Source: Bacteroidales bacterium | GTDB taxonomy: Bacteria > Bacteroidota > Bacteroidia > Bacteroidales > UBA10428 | Direction: 5' to 3' | Assembly: GCA_016938235.1 (NCBI GenBank) | Contig: JAFGVA010000063.1 | Coordinates: 56,010 to 120,009, forward strand | DNA: 64,000 bases | In this document: positions 27,630 through 38,224 of the stretch, in pieces | How the letters are laid out: each line of letters opens with the position of its first letter | How positions within the stretch are numbered: position 1 is the stretch's first letter | Translations under genes and position numbers: made by a program | The notes under the pieces: model-generated | What the model was told of the DNA's origin: nothing | Seen by the model: the letters and a program-made list of their open reading frames with translations, nothing else | Database searches by the model: none

Positions 27630-28463
27630 TCACTTGACAAACTCTAACATTTGCCATTTACCTAAAGTTCTATGATTTACAGGAGTCATACCCAGATCAA
27701 CATAAGTCGATTCAATCATTTCAACATCTCCCTCAAGAAATCCGCTTAACAAGATTTTTCCGCACGAATCTAAATGCATAATATATTCAGATGCTTGCTC
27801 TATTAGAATATTGCGGTTAATATTTGCAAGTATTAAATCGAATGGGATATCCGGAATAACATTGGTACTCCCTTTTAAGAAACTAACCTCAACCTTATTT
27901 AAAAGTGCATTCTCAATAGCATTATCAACAGCCCATTTATCAATATCAATCCCGATAACCTCCTTTGCTTCCTTCATTGCTGACAGAATTGCCAGAACCC
28001 CGGTACCACATCCCATATCTAAAACCGTTTTTTTCTTAATGTCCATGTCAAGCAAGGCCGAGATCATAAGGCTGGTAGTTTCATGATGTCCGGTACCAAA
28101 CGACATTTTAGGTTCAATATTAATAACATACTCAAATCCCTTAAACTTCTCATGAAAAGGAGCTCTGATAACACAACGGTTATCAATAATTACCGGATCG
28201 AAATTCTCTTCCCATTCCTGATTCCAGTTTTTTTCCTCGATAACTTCCTCGTGAACAATCTTTGCATGTAATGTCGATTTCATTCCGGCAAGTGTCACTT
28301 CCAGAAGACTTCTGTCAAATTCATCTTCAGGAATATAGGCTATCACTTCAGAGTCTTCCTCTGTAATACCTTCGTATGACAAAGAATCAAGCAAAGCAAT
28401 AAGAATATTAATTTTTTCTTCGCTTACCTCAGGAATTTGAAAAGTTATAGCGATATATTGCAT
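27630..28463 (-). CDS. prmA: Ribosomal protein L11 methyltransferase
   Basis: 277 aa with PrmA layout: an N-terminal domain, then the SAM motif VLDMGCGTGVLAI and the ILANI motif. Confidence 0.9.
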   Translation of the reverse strand: MQYIAITFQIPEVSEEKINILIALLDSLSYEGITEEDSEVIAYIPEDEFDRSLLEVTLAGMKSTLHAKIVHEEVIEEKNWNQEWEENFDPVIIDNRCVIRAPFHEKFKGFEYVINIEPKMSFGTGHHETTSLMISALLDMDIKKKTVLDMGCGTGVLAILSAMKEAKEVIGIDIDKWAVDNAIENALLNKVEVSFLKGSTNVIPDIPFDLILANINRNILIEQASEYIMHLDSCGKILLSGFLEGDVEMIESTYVDLGMTPVNHRTLGKWQMLEFVK

Positions 28464-28489
28464 GGCACCGATTTAGTAATAGCAAGTTA

Positions 28490-28497
28490 CAAAATTA
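28490..28497 (-). promoter_or_regulatory. Candidate -7 box TAATTTTG (TAnnTTTG)
   Basis: The reverse complement of CAAAATTA lies 27 nt upstream of the prmA ATG. This is a motif match only. Confidence 0.3.
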
Positions 28498-28658
28498 CTT
28501 TGCAATTTAATAGAATATAGGCTAATATAAATCAGTGATAAATCTAGCATGAAACTTATAAGAATATTTGAGAAAACAAACTCAAATATAGAACCAAACA
28601 CGGTTTATCAGGTTAATTATCAATGAAGGTAAAAATTGTAAGTTGAAGAAATTTTGAA

Positions 28659-28690
28659 CAAAAAAACAGCTACCCTAATGGATAGCTGTT
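28659..28690 (-). terminator. Rho-independent terminator downstream of tpiA
   Basis: On the minus strand, stem ACAGCTA(T)CC / GG(G)TAGCTGT has 10 positions (9 paired, one mismatch) and a TAAT-type loop. It is followed by a T7 run and lies 23 nt after the tpiA stop. Confidence 0.65.
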
Positions 28691-28712
28691 TATATCTTGA
28701 AAGTTGCAAATT

Positions 28713-29465
28713 CTAATAAGAATTAATAATTGCAAGAAAATCTTCGGCTTTTAGCGAAGCTCCACCAATGAGGCCACCATCTACATCAGGATTAGCAAAA
28801 AGTTCCTGCGCATTTTTTGGATTACAGCTTCCACCGTAAAGAATTGATGTATCATCAGCAATCGCCGCTCCGAATTGTGCAGCTACAGCATCACGAATAG
28901 CTTTATGCATATCCTGAGCCTGGTCTGATGATGCAGTTACGCCGGTTCCAATTGCCCAGATTGGTTCGTAAGCAATAATTACTTTCTTGAAATCATCAGC
29001 CGAAAGTTTGAAAATAGTTTCTTTCAGTTGATTGATAACATATTCATTTTGTTTTCCTGATTCACGAATATCTAGCGCCTCACCACAACAGTAAATAGGA
29101 GTTAACCCATTTTCCAGTACTAAAGCAAGTTTTTTATTAAGAATTTCGCTTGTTTCTCCATAGTACTCGCGACGTTCTGAGTGACCAAGAATTACATATT
29201 CTGCACCTGTAGACTTAACCATTGCGGCTGATACCTCACCAGTGAAAGCTCCTTTTGGTTCAGCAGCACAGTTTTGTGAAGAAACAGCAACTTTATTTGT
29301 TACTTTTACAACTTCGGTAATGTGTGTAAAAGGAGTTCCCATAATTACAACTACATTTTTGTCTCCTTTTTCGTTGTAAAGTTTTTCAACCTCAGAAGCT
29401 AAGGCAACGCCTTCCTGAAGAGTAGTATTACATTTCCAGTTTCCTGCAACAACTTTTTTTCTCAT
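28713..29465 (-). CDS. tpiA: Triose-phosphate isomerase
   Basis: Motifs [16 protein letters not shown] and [11 protein letters not shown]; 250 aa. Confidence 0.95.
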   Translation of the reverse strand: MRKKVVAGNWKCNTTLQEGVALASEVEKLYNEKGDKNVVVIMGTPFTHITEVVKVTNKVAVSSQNCAAEPKGAFTGEVSAAMVKSTGAEYVILGHSERREYYGETSEILNKKLALVLENGLTPIYCCGEALDIRESGKQNEYVINQLKETIFKLSADDFKKVIIAYEPIWAIGTGVTASSDQAQDMHKAIRDAVAAQFGAAIADDTSILYGGSCNPKNAQELFANPDVDGGLIGGASLKAEDFLAIINSY

Positions 29466-29637
29466 TTTATATACTTGTTTATTAATAATTCAATTGAGCC
29501 TGCGAAATTAACGCTGAATCGTGAATAAAACAAGGATTATCGTCCTGATTAGATTAAATTTAAATAAGATTAATATGCAATCTCTACAGTTTTATTAGAT
29601 TTAATAATTGAGCGTTATAATTATATTTTCAACCTGC

Positions 29638-30873
29638 CTAATATCTTTTTTTCAGCAGAATAAACAAGAATAATGTAAAAGTAAAAAACAATGAAATAAA
29701 GAACCAGATGGTCCACAGTGCAGAAATTCTTTGGTTATTGCTAACTGTCATTTCCAGAATCTTCTCGCTGTTATCGGGAACCGCCGGCAGATTTCTATAG
29801 TGCCACTTACCAACTATGGTTCCGTTGTAAAGCAAAACTACTCCCGGATTTGATCTTACTATGGTTTTTAGTGTAATTTCATCGGTTGTATAAAAATCAA
29901 ATGGAAAACTATAAGTTCTTTCTGTTTCCCCAATCATTTGGTCGGATGATGATGTCATACCAAATGTCATGACACCTAAATCGCTCATTTTTTCTGTAAA
30001 TGCTTTAACATTACGCATACCTTTTTCATCCGATTTTTCGAGATCATAAGCAATTACCAGCAATGAGAATCCCGGCGAATACAGCACCGAATCGGTAATA
30101 TCGATACCGGTAAGGGTGGTAAGTGTAAAATCGTGAATCGGAGGAGTATACCCCTCTTTAATGAGTTCTGTGACCCTGTCAACATATTTCCAGGCTGTGT
30201 CTTCATATATTGCTCCCAGTTCGTCAACCTTAAACTCTTTTTCTTTACCGTCTTTAGCATATACGAAAATTGTCTCATACTCATCAACTTCAGCATCTTC
30301 AGGTATTTCCATAGCCGCTGGGATATGAGTTCCTACCTCATAGGGCCTGAAATCGATAAAAGGCAGGTTCCGGAGTGCAAAAACAGAAAGAATGACTCCC
30401 ACTAATATAAACAACAGCACCAACCCGTATTCGGTTGCAACACTGGTTAATGGTTTATAGGCTCTTCTGTTAAAAAACACAACTAGTGTTGGCAACATGA
30501 AAATTATGTTTTTCCAGAATGTTTGCCAATTGGTAAGAATTATAGCATCGCCAAAGCAACCACAATCGGTAACCGGATTTGTAATAGCTATAAACAGAGT
30601 AAGCACCGTAAAAAAAGCCATAAATACCATTAAGACCCACGAAGTAATTCTCATTAACACATTCATAATAAGCGCCAGCCCTATTGCCATTTCAGTAGCA
30701 CTAATCAGCACTGCAGCAACAATGGCTAATGGAGTCAGAAAATCCATTCCGAATGCATCTAGGTAATCGGTAATTTTATAGGTATAACCTAATGGATCAA
30801 TAGCTTTCACAAAGCCTGAAAAAATAAAAACAGGAGCGATTAAAATGCGAGCAAAGTTTCTTATTGTATTCAT
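29638..30873 (-). CDS. DoxX/MauE-like integral membrane protein with a C-terminal thioredoxin-fold-like domain
   Basis: The N-terminal half has 4-5 TM helices (ARILIAPVFIFSGFVKAIDP, DCGCFGD motif). Next comes a soluble ~200-aa domain, then a terminal TM helix. Confidence 0.65.
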   Translation of the reverse strand: MNTIRNFARILIAPVFIFSGFVKAIDPLGYTYKITDYLDAFGMDFLTPLAIVAAVLISATEMAIGLALIMNVLMRITSWVLMVFMAFFTVLTLFIAITNPVTDCGCFGDAIILTNWQTFWKNIIFMLPTLVVFFNRRAYKPLTSVATEYGLVLLFILVGVILSVFALRNLPFIDFRPYEVGTHIPAAMEIPEDAEVDEYETIFVYAKDGKEKEFKVDELGAIYEDTAWKYVDRVTELIKEGYTPPIHDFTLTTLTGIDITDSVLYSPGFSLLVIAYDLEKSDEKGMRNVKAFTEKMSDLGVMTFGMTSSSDQMIGETERTYSFPFDFYTTDEITLKTIVRSNPGVVLLYNGTIVGKWHYRNLPAVPDNSEKILEMTVSNNQRISALWTIWFFISLFFTFTLFLFILLKKRY

Positions 30874-30876
30874 TTC

Positions 30877-31566
30877 TTAAAAAATATTTAATATACCGTT
30901 TAGGCGGGTTTTAATTTTGTTAAAAATCTCGTCGGGCTTAAGCATAGATTCGTCCTGGCCTTCGCAGTCAATTACTTCAAAATCCTTATTCTCTTCAACT
31001 TGCCAAAGATAGGTATTTCTTACTTCCTGCTGAAAATCTAAATCTGATTCGTGAATATCATCGCTCCCCAGCAAATATTCCCTGTCGGTGCCTGTTCTTC
31101 TTTTTGCCAGACTCGAATGCGTAAATTTAAAAGGAACTTTGAGAAATAAGTTTAAATCCGGCACCGGAATTTTATTGTAATTGTATTCCAAATCCTTAAT
31201 CCAGTGTGCAAGTTTATCTTTCTCTTTTATATTCTTAATCTTGGCACACTGGAAAGCTATATTTGAATAGAGATACCTGTCGGCAATAACAGCATATCCT
31301 TGCGAAAGCCATTCATTAATCATGCCAGCGGCATCATTCCTGTCGCCGGCATATAAAAGCGCCACCAGATAAGGGTCAACCTTATCTATGGGACCCAGTT
31401 CTCCACGTAAAAACCTTGCAATCATTTCACCATAGAATGGCGCTTCGGGCCTTGGGAAATGTAAAAACCTGCTTTTAATATTCTTTTCGGCCAGGTAGTT
31501 TTCAACCAATTCTATCTGGGTAGATTTTCCGGAACCATCGAGGCCTTCGATAACAATAAACTTCAT
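30877..31566 (-). CDS. tmk: Thymidylate (dTMP) kinase-family P-loop kinase
   Basis: The N-terminus reads MKFIVIEGLDGSGKSTQ (Tmk-type P-loop), with a DRY-like motif (ADRYLYSN); 229 aa. Confidence 0.65.
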   Translation of the reverse strand: MKFIVIEGLDGSGKSTQIELVENYLAEKNIKSRFLHFPRPEAPFYGEMIARFLRGELGPIDKVDPYLVALLYAGDRNDAAGMINEWLSQGYAVIADRYLYSNIAFQCAKIKNIKEKDKLAHWIKDLEYNYNKIPVPDLNLFLKVPFKFTHSSLAKRRTGTDREYLLGSDDIHESDLDFQQEVRNTYLWQVEENKDFEVIDCEGQDESMLKPDEIFNKIKTRLNGILNIF

Positions 31567-31646
31567 AAACTATCTGAAAGTATTCTGATTAAAATCGAGA
31601 ATGAGTCTGTTTTATTAACTTTACGCAAATAAAGGCTGAACAGAGC

Positions 31647-32540
31647 ATGGATAAAGATACATTATTTTATAAAAAACACACAATAAACTGTGGCAGCAGG
31701 TTAATATCTATTGAGACTCCAATTGTAATGGGTATTCTGAATCTTACGCCAGATTCTTTTTACGATGGAGGCCAGATAAACAGCACCAAAGATGTAAATA
31801 ATAAAGTTAAAAAACTGATAGATGAAGGTGCCGCAATAATTGATGTGGGCGCTTATTCAACAAAACCAGGTGCCGAGGATGTATCTGTGCATGAAGAAAA
31901 AATAAGGCTGGAACCCGGCCTTAATTTAATCAGAGAAAGATATCCTGATACCATAATTTCTGTAGATACTTTTCGGGCCGAAACAGCTAAATGGTGCATA
32001 GAAAAATACAAGATCGATATTATTAATGATATTTCGGGCGGACACCTCGATTCAGAAATTATTGATGTAGCTGCCGGATTTCAGGTACCCTACATTACAA
32101 TGCACATGCAGGGCACACCCAAAACCATGCAGAAAAACCCCGGATACAAACATGTTGTAAAGGATGTACTAGACTATTTCTCTGAACATATTGCATTTCT
32201 TCGACAAAAAGGAATAAATGATATAATTATTGACCCCGGCTTTGGTTTCGGTAAAACTATTGAACATAATTATCAGTTATTAGCCGGTTTAGATGTTTTT
32301 CAGATGCTCGAACTTCCAATATTAGCGGGAATTTCAAGAAAATCGATGATATACAGGCATTTAAATTCCAGTCCGGAAGAGGCATTAGCCGGAACCATTG
32401 CCCTTAATACAATTGCACTTCAGAAAGGAGCTCAAATACTAAGAGTACATGACGTAAAAGAGGCGGTAAATACAATAAGTATTTATAAAAAGCTTTTAGA
32501 AGAATCAGAAAAAAGCATTAATTTGCTACAAAAGCTTTAA
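31647..32540 (+). CDS. folP: Dihydropteroate synthase
   Basis: Motifs IMGILNLTPDSFYDGG, IIDVGAYSTKPG and DPGFGFGKT. Confidence 0.9.
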   Translation: MDKDTLFYKKHTINCGSRLISIETPIVMGILNLTPDSFYDGGQINSTKDVNNKVKKLIDEGAAIIDVGAYSTKPGAEDVSVHEEKIRLEPGLNLIRERYPDTIISVDTFRAETAKWCIEKYKIDIINDISGGHLDSEIIDVAAGFQVPYITMHMQGTPKTMQKNPGYKHVVKDVLDYFSEHIAFLRQKGINDIIIDPGFGFGKTIEHNYQLLAGLDVFQMLELPILAGISRKSMIYRHLNSSPEEALAGTIALNTIALQKGAQILRVHDVKEAVNTISIYKKLLEESEKSINLLQKL

Positions 32541-32554
32541 TCTTAAAGGAAACG

Positions 32555-33340
32555 ATGATTACTGCATTTATACATGTCAGAATAATTGATGTAATTGATA
32601 TACTCCTGGTGGCATTTCTTATGTACCAGATATATTACCTTATAAAAGGTACAGTTGCGTTTAACATCTTCCTGGGATTAACCGTTTTCTTCTCGATATA
32701 CCTCATTGTCAACATGCTTCAGATGAAGCTGTTGTCCTCCATTCTTGGAGGTTTAATAGGTGGAGGTGTAATAGCAATAATTATTTTATTTCAACAGGAA
32801 ATAAGACGCTTTCTGGTATATCTGGGCACACAGTATTTACCAAACAAAACTTTCTCTTTAGATAACCTTTTAAGGCGCCATTCGGGTGATCAGCAGAAGT
32901 TAAGAATTGCATCTATTCACAAAGCATGCTCAAATATGGCAGAAACCTGTACCGGTGCGCTTATTGTTATTGCACAAAACTCTTCACTCGATTTGTATGT
33001 TGATACCGGAGATATTTTAGATGCAAGAATGTCGAGCAGGATGATCGAATCTGTTTTTGTAAAAAATGGTCCTCTGCACGATGGTGCAATCATTGTTGAA
33101 AACAATAGAATTGTAGCTGCCCGCTGTGTTCTTCCCTTTACAAGTAAAACTGAGTTACCGGCATATTACGGTATGCGCCACCGGGCCGGATTAGGCATAA
33201 GTGAAAGTACCGATGCCTATGTAATAATTGTTTCGGAAGAAAGAGGTGAAATCTCCATTGCAGAAAATGGCGACTTAATTCCCGGTATTTCGGCTGATGA
33301 ACTCTGGCACTTACTTAAGAAGAAATTTGATAAAGATTGA
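32555..33340 (+). CDS. cdaA: Diadenylate cyclase (c-di-AMP synthase), membrane-anchored CdaA type
   Basis: Three N-terminal TM helices plus a DAC domain (GALIVI, HDGAIIV, RHRAGLGISE, SEERGEISIA). Confidence 0.9.
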   Translation: MITAFIHVRIIDVIDILLVAFLMYQIYYLIKGTVAFNIFLGLTVFFSIYLIVNMLQMKLLSSILGGLIGGGVIAIIILFQQEIRRFLVYLGTQYLPNKTFSLDNLLRRHSGDQQKLRIASIHKACSNMAETCTGALIVIAQNSSLDLYVDTGDILDARMSSRMIESVFVKNGPLHDGAIIVENNRIVAARCVLPFTSKTELPAYYGMRHRAGLGISESTDAYVIIVSEERGEISIAENGDLIPGISADELWHLLKKKFDKD

Positions 33341-33417
33341 GAGTCGGGAGTCGGGAGCAGGAAGTTGAAAGTTGAAAGTTGAAAGTTGAAAGTTGAAAGT
33401 TGAAAGTTGGAAGTTGG
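33341..33417 (+). repeat. Heptanucleotide tandem array, 11 units (GAGTCGG x2, GAGCAGG, AAGTTGA x5, AAGTTGG x2, AAGTCGT)
   Basis: The array starts at the first base after the cdaA TGA stop. It keeps perfect 7-nt phase over 77 nt. Confidence 0.9.
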
Positions 33418-33526
33418 AAGTCGTTTGGGGCAAACCAAAAAACTGTATAATGTTAATACAACAATATAAATTTTGCCCATGTAAAAAAGATTTTAAAAAC
33501 AACGGTCTGATATTAAACCTGCATTT

Positions 33527-34360
33527 ATGGTGCTAAAAGAAATACTTAAGTTTAAATTAATTGAAACTGACAGCTATTCGTTAAGTGTTTATCACCTGAT
33601 TAGTATTCTGATTTTATTTATTGCTGCAAAAATTCTTTTAACAGTTATTAAACGGCTCTTTAAACGCCAGGAAACAAAACAAACCTTCGATGTTGGCAAG
33701 CTTCATGCTATCTTTCAGATAATAAAATACATAGTATGGACCATTGCAATACTTTTTATGCTTGATTCGGCTGGAATAAAAATAACATTTATTCTCGCCA
33801 GTTCTGCTGCTTTATTGGTCGGTGTGGGTTTGGGCCTGCAACAGATTTTTCAGGATTTTATTTCGGGGATTGCCATACTTGTTGAGGGAACCTTAAAAGT
33901 GGGCGATATTGTTCAGACAGAGAGCGGCGAAGTTGGAAAAGTAAAAGAGATAAGTTTAAGAACATCAAAACTAGAAACCAGGGATAATATCATACTGATA
34001 TTACCGAATTCGAAACTCATAAACGATAGTGTGATAAACTGGAGCCATGTTGATAAAACTACCCGGTTCGGGGTAAGTGTTGGGGTTGCTTATGGTTCTG
34101 ATGTTGATAAGGTAACCGAACTTCTGCTAAAATGTGCCGAAGAGCATAAAGAAATAGTTAAAAAACCGGCACCAACTGTTTTCTTCAGAGATTTTGGTAA
34201 TTCATCACTCGATTTTGAGTTACTGTTTTATACCAACAATACTTTCCGGGTTGAACGTATAAAAAGTGATTTAAGGTATAGCATCGACAGGGCTTTCAGA
34301 AAAAATGGAATTACAATTCCGTTCCCTCAGCGGGATGTGCATGTTATACCTCAGAAATAA
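33527..34360 (+). CDS. Small-conductance mechanosensitive channel (MscS family)
   Basis: Three TM helices followed by the MscS beta-domain signature (VGDIVQTESGEVGKVKEISLRTSKLETRDNIILILPNSKL). Confidence 0.85.
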   Translation: MVLKEILKFKLIETDSYSLSVYHLISILILFIAAKILLTVIKRLFKRQETKQTFDVGKLHAIFQIIKYIVWTIAILFMLDSAGIKITFILASSAALLVGVGLGLQQIFQDFISGIAILVEGTLKVGDIVQTESGEVGKVKEISLRTSKLETRDNIILILPNSKLINDSVINWSHVDKTTRFGVSVGVAYGSDVDKVTELLLKCAEEHKEIVKKPAPTVFFRDFGNSSLDFELLFYTNNTFRVERIKSDLRYSIDRAFRKNGITIPFPQRDVHVIPQK

Positions 34361-34578
34361 TCAGTCTTTTAAATTCGAAGCGTTTGGGTTTTACATACTC
34401 TCAATGTTAAGTAAATATCCCCTTGCAACCATTTGAACTGTTAATACATCATTCATAAAACCAAATCCAATTGTATTATGAAGACATCAATATTCACTTT
34501 AATAATTTTAGGTATTCTTACCACTAAAGTAAACACTTAGGCAGAAGTCTGAGCGCACATTTATTTTGAATACAAACG

Positions 34579-35217
34579 CTACTTTCTTCTTCTCTTAATA
34601 ATCTTAGCTCTCGACTCTTCTTTGTTTAAAAGACGTTCGATGTTTTTCTGGTGTGTGAGAAGAAGCAAAATCGAAACAATCATTGAAAAGATTACCAATG
34701 AAGCAGCAGTAGTATGAAATACAACAATATTTAATACCGGGAAAGATATTCCGGCTATCATAGAACTTAGCGATACATACCTTGTAGTAAGGAAAATAAA
34801 AACAAATATTCCAAGGCATATTAAAGTAACCTGGGGTTGTATGGCCAGTAGTAATCCCAACAGAGTAGCAACACCTTTACCCCCTTTGAATCCGACATAT
34901 ACAGGGAAAATATGACCCAATACAGCGGCAGCACCTAAAATAAGCTGAAAATTGATAAATGGAATTGATCCGGGAATATAATCACCCCCAATTCTTACAA
35001 GGTTTACTGCGATATACCCCTTTATTATATCAATTAAAAATACAGGAAGCCCGGCCTTCCAACCCAATACCCTTACGGTATTTGTGAAACCGGCATTTCC
35101 GCTTCCATGTTCTCTTACATCAACATCGTAAAATGATCTTCCTATCCATACAGAAGAAGGTATGGAGCCTAAAAGGTAGGCTGTAACGATTAGCAACAGC
35201 TTGAATATCAATGACAT
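34579..35217 (-). CDS. plsY: Glycerol-3-phosphate acyltransferase PlsY
   Basis: Motif HGSGNAGFTNTVRVLG and polytopic membrane topology; 212 aa. Confidence 0.9.
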   Translation of the reverse strand: MSLIFKLLLIVTAYLLGSIPSSVWIGRSFYDVDVREHGSGNAGFTNTVRVLGWKAGLPVFLIDIIKGYIAVNLVRIGGDYIPGSIPFINFQLILGAAAVLGHIFPVYVGFKGGKGVATLLGLLLAIQPQVTLICLGIFVFIFLTTRYVSLSSMIAGISFPVLNIVVFHTTAASLVIFSMIVSILLLLTHQKNIERLLNKEESRAKIIKRRRK

Positions 35218-35316
35218 TTCTATAATTTTCTAATTATTGGCGTTACAAAGATAAATAAAAATACAACAATTAAAAATCGGTATAAATAGGTCAATGCATT
35301 GAAGCTTAATACCCAT

Positions 35317-35350
35317 AAAAAAACCTTCCCGGAGAACCAGGAAGGTTTTT
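35317..35350 (-). terminator. Rho-independent terminator downstream of pckA
   Basis: A 9-bp stem AAACCTTCC / GGAAGGTTT (35321-35329 / 35340-35348) is flanked by an A-run on the plus strand, which is a U-tract on the minus transcript. It lies ~25 nt after the pckA stop. Confidence 0.7.
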
Positions 35351-35372
35351 TAGATAACTATTATCAATCTAA

Positions 35373-36980
35373 TTACAGCTGAGGACCAGCAGCTACAAGA
35401 GCTTTACCTTCCTCATTGTCTGTATATTTTACAAAGTTATTGATAAACCTTGAACCAAGATCTTTCGCTTTTTCTTCCCAGGCAGAAGCATCAGCATAAG
35501 TATCGCGCGGATCAAGAATTGCAGGATCAACACCCGGTAATGCAGTTGGCACTTCTAAATTGAAAATTGGAACTATTTTAGTTTCAGCTTTCTCGATTGA
35601 TCCATTGAGAATTGCATCAATAATTCCTCTTGTATCTTTAATAGAAATACGTTTTCCGGTACCGTTCCAACCAGTATTTACTAAGTAAGCTTCAGCACCG
35701 TGAGCTTCCATTTTTTTCACTAATTCTTCACCATATTTTGTTGGGTGAAGTGAAAGGAAAGCAGCACCAAAACAAGCTGAGAAAGTAGGCTGTGGAGAAG
35801 TAACACCACGCTCAGTACCAGCTAATTTAGCTGTAAATCCAGAAAGGAAGTGATATTTTGTCTGCTCAGGAGTCAATTTCGATACAGGAGGCATAACACC
35901 AAATGCATCAGCAGTTAAGAAAATAACTTTCTTGGCATGACCAGCTTTTGAAACTGGTTTAACAATATTTTCGATATGGTAAATCGGGTAAGAAACACGA
36001 GTATTCTCGGTAGTAGAACCATCGTTGAAATCAATTTTACCATCAGCATCAACAGTAACGTTCTCTAGTAATGCATCTCTTTTAATAGCTGCATAAATTT
36101 CCGGCTCCGATTCTTTATCCAATTTAATGGTTTTTGCATAACAACCACCTTCGAAATTGAATACACCATCGTCATCCCAACCATGTTCATCGTCACCAAT
36201 AAGTGCGCGGTTTGGATCTGTAGAAAGAGTTGTTTTTCCAGTACCTGAAAGGCCGAAGAAGATAGCAACATCACCATCTTTACCAACGTTGGCAGAACAA
36301 TGCATAGAAGCCATGCCACGTAATGGTAAGTAGTAGTTCATCATGGCAAATAAACCTTTTTTCATTTCGCCACCATACCAGCTGCCACCAACAACGTGCA
36401 TTTTTTCAGTTAGATTAAACACGGTATAAACTTCTGAATTTAAACCATGATCTTTCCATTTTGGATTTGTAGTTTTTGAAGCATTTAAAGAAACAAAGTC
36501 TGGCTCACCATAGCTGGCAAGTTCTTCATCAGTAGGACGAATGAACATGTTTTTCACAAAGTGTGCCTGCCATGCAACTTCCATAATAAAACGTACTTTC
36601 AGTCGTGAATCGGGGTTTGCACCACAGAAAGTATCCATAACGAATAACCTTTTTCCTGAAAGCTGTTTAACAGTTATGGCTTTTAAATCATTCCAAACTT
36701 CTGTTGAAACAGGTTTGTTATCGTTTTTTGATTCAGGAGATGTCCACCACAAAGTATCTTTTGTTGTATCATCTTTTACAATGTATTTATCTTTAGGCGA
36801 ACGTCCGGTGAAAATACCAGTCATAACATTAACGGCATCCAACTCTGTAAGCTGTCCTTTTTCAAAACCTTCTAGTTCAGGCTTCATTTCTTCCTCGAAA
36901 AGCTGCTCATAAGATGGATTATGAACTACCTCAGAAACATTAAGTATTCCGTATTTTTCTAAATCTGCAGGTTTTAACAT
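35373..36980 (-). CDS. pckA: Phosphoenolpyruvate carboxykinase (ATP)
   Basis: 535 aa with kinase-1a [21 protein letters not shown] and typical ATP-PEPCK length and layout. Confidence 0.95.
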   Translation of the reverse strand: MLKPADLEKYGILNVSEVVHNPSYEQLFEEEMKPELEGFEKGQLTELDAVNVMTGIFTGRSPKDKYIVKDDTTKDTLWWTSPESKNDNKPVSTEVWNDLKAITVKQLSGKRLFVMDTFCGANPDSRLKVRFIMEVAWQAHFVKNMFIRPTDEELASYGEPDFVSLNASKTTNPKWKDHGLNSEVYTVFNLTEKMHVVGGSWYGGEMKKGLFAMMNYYLPLRGMASMHCSANVGKDGDVAIFFGLSGTGKTTLSTDPNRALIGDDEHGWDDDGVFNFEGGCYAKTIKLDKESEPEIYAAIKRDALLENVTVDADGKIDFNDGSTTENTRVSYPIYHIENIVKPVSKAGHAKKVIFLTADAFGVMPPVSKLTPEQTKYHFLSGFTAKLAGTERGVTSPQPTFSACFGAAFLSLHPTKYGEELVKKMEAHGAEAYLVNTGWNGTGKRISIKDTRGIIDAILNGSIEKAETKIVPIFNLEVPTALPGVDPAILDPRDTYADASAWEEKAKDLGSRFINNFVKYTDNEEGKALVAAGPQL

Positions 36981-37022
36981 ATCACAAATTTTAATTTGAT
37001 TTAACTATTTTTTTAAGGAGCA

Positions 37023-37030
37023 CAAATATA
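37023..37030 (-). promoter_or_regulatory. Candidate -7 box TATATTTG (TAnnTTTG) upstream of pckA
   Basis: The reverse complement of CAAATATA lies 43 nt upstream of the pckA ATG. This is a motif match only. Confidence 0.35.
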
Positions 37031-37235
37031 GGAAAAAAAATTTCCCAATTATATTTTATTGTGAATAAAATAACAATATAACAAAAAAAAGTGCAGTGAA
37101 TACTTATGTAAATGATTGAATACTTTACAATTGCTTATATTATTATTAATTTTGCATTAAATTAATATTAAAATGTAAGCATTATTTGGGAATTTAATTT
37201 TAATCCGGTTTAAGGATTTTTGGTGTTTTAAGCCC

Positions 37236-38213
37236 TTAAACAGGTATATAGGGCTGGTAAATTAACCTGTCAAAATCGTATTTTATATATCGTTCAAATA
37301 GTTCGGTGGTATCCATCCAGATAGCATTGCCTCGTTGCACTGAGTCAAGCATTTCTTTATCGGAATTAAAACTGAATTCGTATTGCTGGCACTGCAGGTA
37401 ACAATTCTTTCCGGCAGGATGTATTTTTCCGGCGGGCTGAGTATATGCTGCAATCTGACAATTTCTGCCACTGGTAACATAAGTCCAAGGCCAGTAAATA
37501 TCCACCGGAAACTCCCATTTATTTTTCCTGAATTGTTTTTTAATAACATCCTCATCGTATGGAACCATCTCCATTCCTACCCTGTCGACCCTTTTTGACT
37601 GCAATAATTCTCTATACTCTTTTATATCGAGACTGCTGTTAATAACAGTCTCTTCCTGCCTTTTTGCAATTTTATCAGTTCTGTCAAGCGCATGATTATG
37701 CACAGAATAGCCGCTCTTAGAAAACCGGGGATCTCTTTTTACTTTCACCATCAGGCGCCCCATTACAGGTTCAAGTTTTGTGTATTTTTTATCGAGTAGT
37801 TGCAAAACACCCCAATCGTTGAAAACAACTTCAACATTTTCCTTTTCATTCAGAAAGGATAGGTTTTCTTCGATTTTGGTTAATCCCTCAGGGCCGGTAT
37901 AGGGAGTCACATAGGTCATTTCATACCCCTTTTCAGAAATAATCTGATATGCTTTTTCTATGGTTTTTCTATCGGGAATGAGCCTGTCGCAGGTTTCATT
38001 ACCAAAATAAATTCTGGTGAATCCGGCACGGTAATCACGACCAAACTTTTGCTTAAAGAAAACTGAAAGTTTATTCAGGGATAGCTGATTTACTTTTTCA
38101 TTAAGCGACAACATAGCATATTTATCCCCCTCGGGCTTCTGGATAATTTCAAGTGTTTCACCTAAACTTTCGAGTAATTCAATTTTTGATATATAAATAC
38201 AAAGTTCTGTCAT
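37236..38213 (-). CDS. U32-related, UbiV-like Cys-motif protein, copy 1 (B1)
   Basis: Collinear with B2. Shared motifs are RIYFGNETC, TYVTPYTGP, VEVVFNDWGVLQLL, GRLMVKVKRDPRF, WPWTYVTSGRNC-x18-C-x3-C and QRGNAIWMD. I place the start at ATG 38213 (MTELCIYI), 11 nt after the A1 stop; the ORF-track start at 38270 would overlap A1. Confidence 0.6.
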   Translation of the reverse strand: MTELCIYISKIELLESLGETLEIIQKPEGDKYAMLSLNEKVNQLSLNKLSVFFKQKFGRDYRAGFTRIYFGNETCDRLIPDRKTIEKAYQIISEKGYEMTYVTPYTGPEGLTKIEENLSFLNEKENVEVVFNDWGVLQLLDKKYTKLEPVMGRLMVKVKRDPRFSKSGYSVHNHALDRTDKIAKRQEETVINSSLDIKEYRELLQSKRVDRVGMEMVPYDEDVIKKQFRKNKWEFPVDIYWPWTYVTSGRNCQIAAYTQPAGKIHPAGKNCYLQCQQYEFSFNSDKEMLDSVQRGNAIWMDTTELFERYIKYDFDRLIYQPYIPV

Positions 38214-38224
38214 TTCTAAGGGTT

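Noticed and set aside
33217-33502. Minus-strand ORFs 33217..33480 and 33311..33502 encoding NFQLSTF repeats.
   Set aside because: The repeating peptide is just the 7-nt DNA array read through three phases (21 nt gives 7 aa). The ORFs overlap the cdaA 3' end and have no credible start context.
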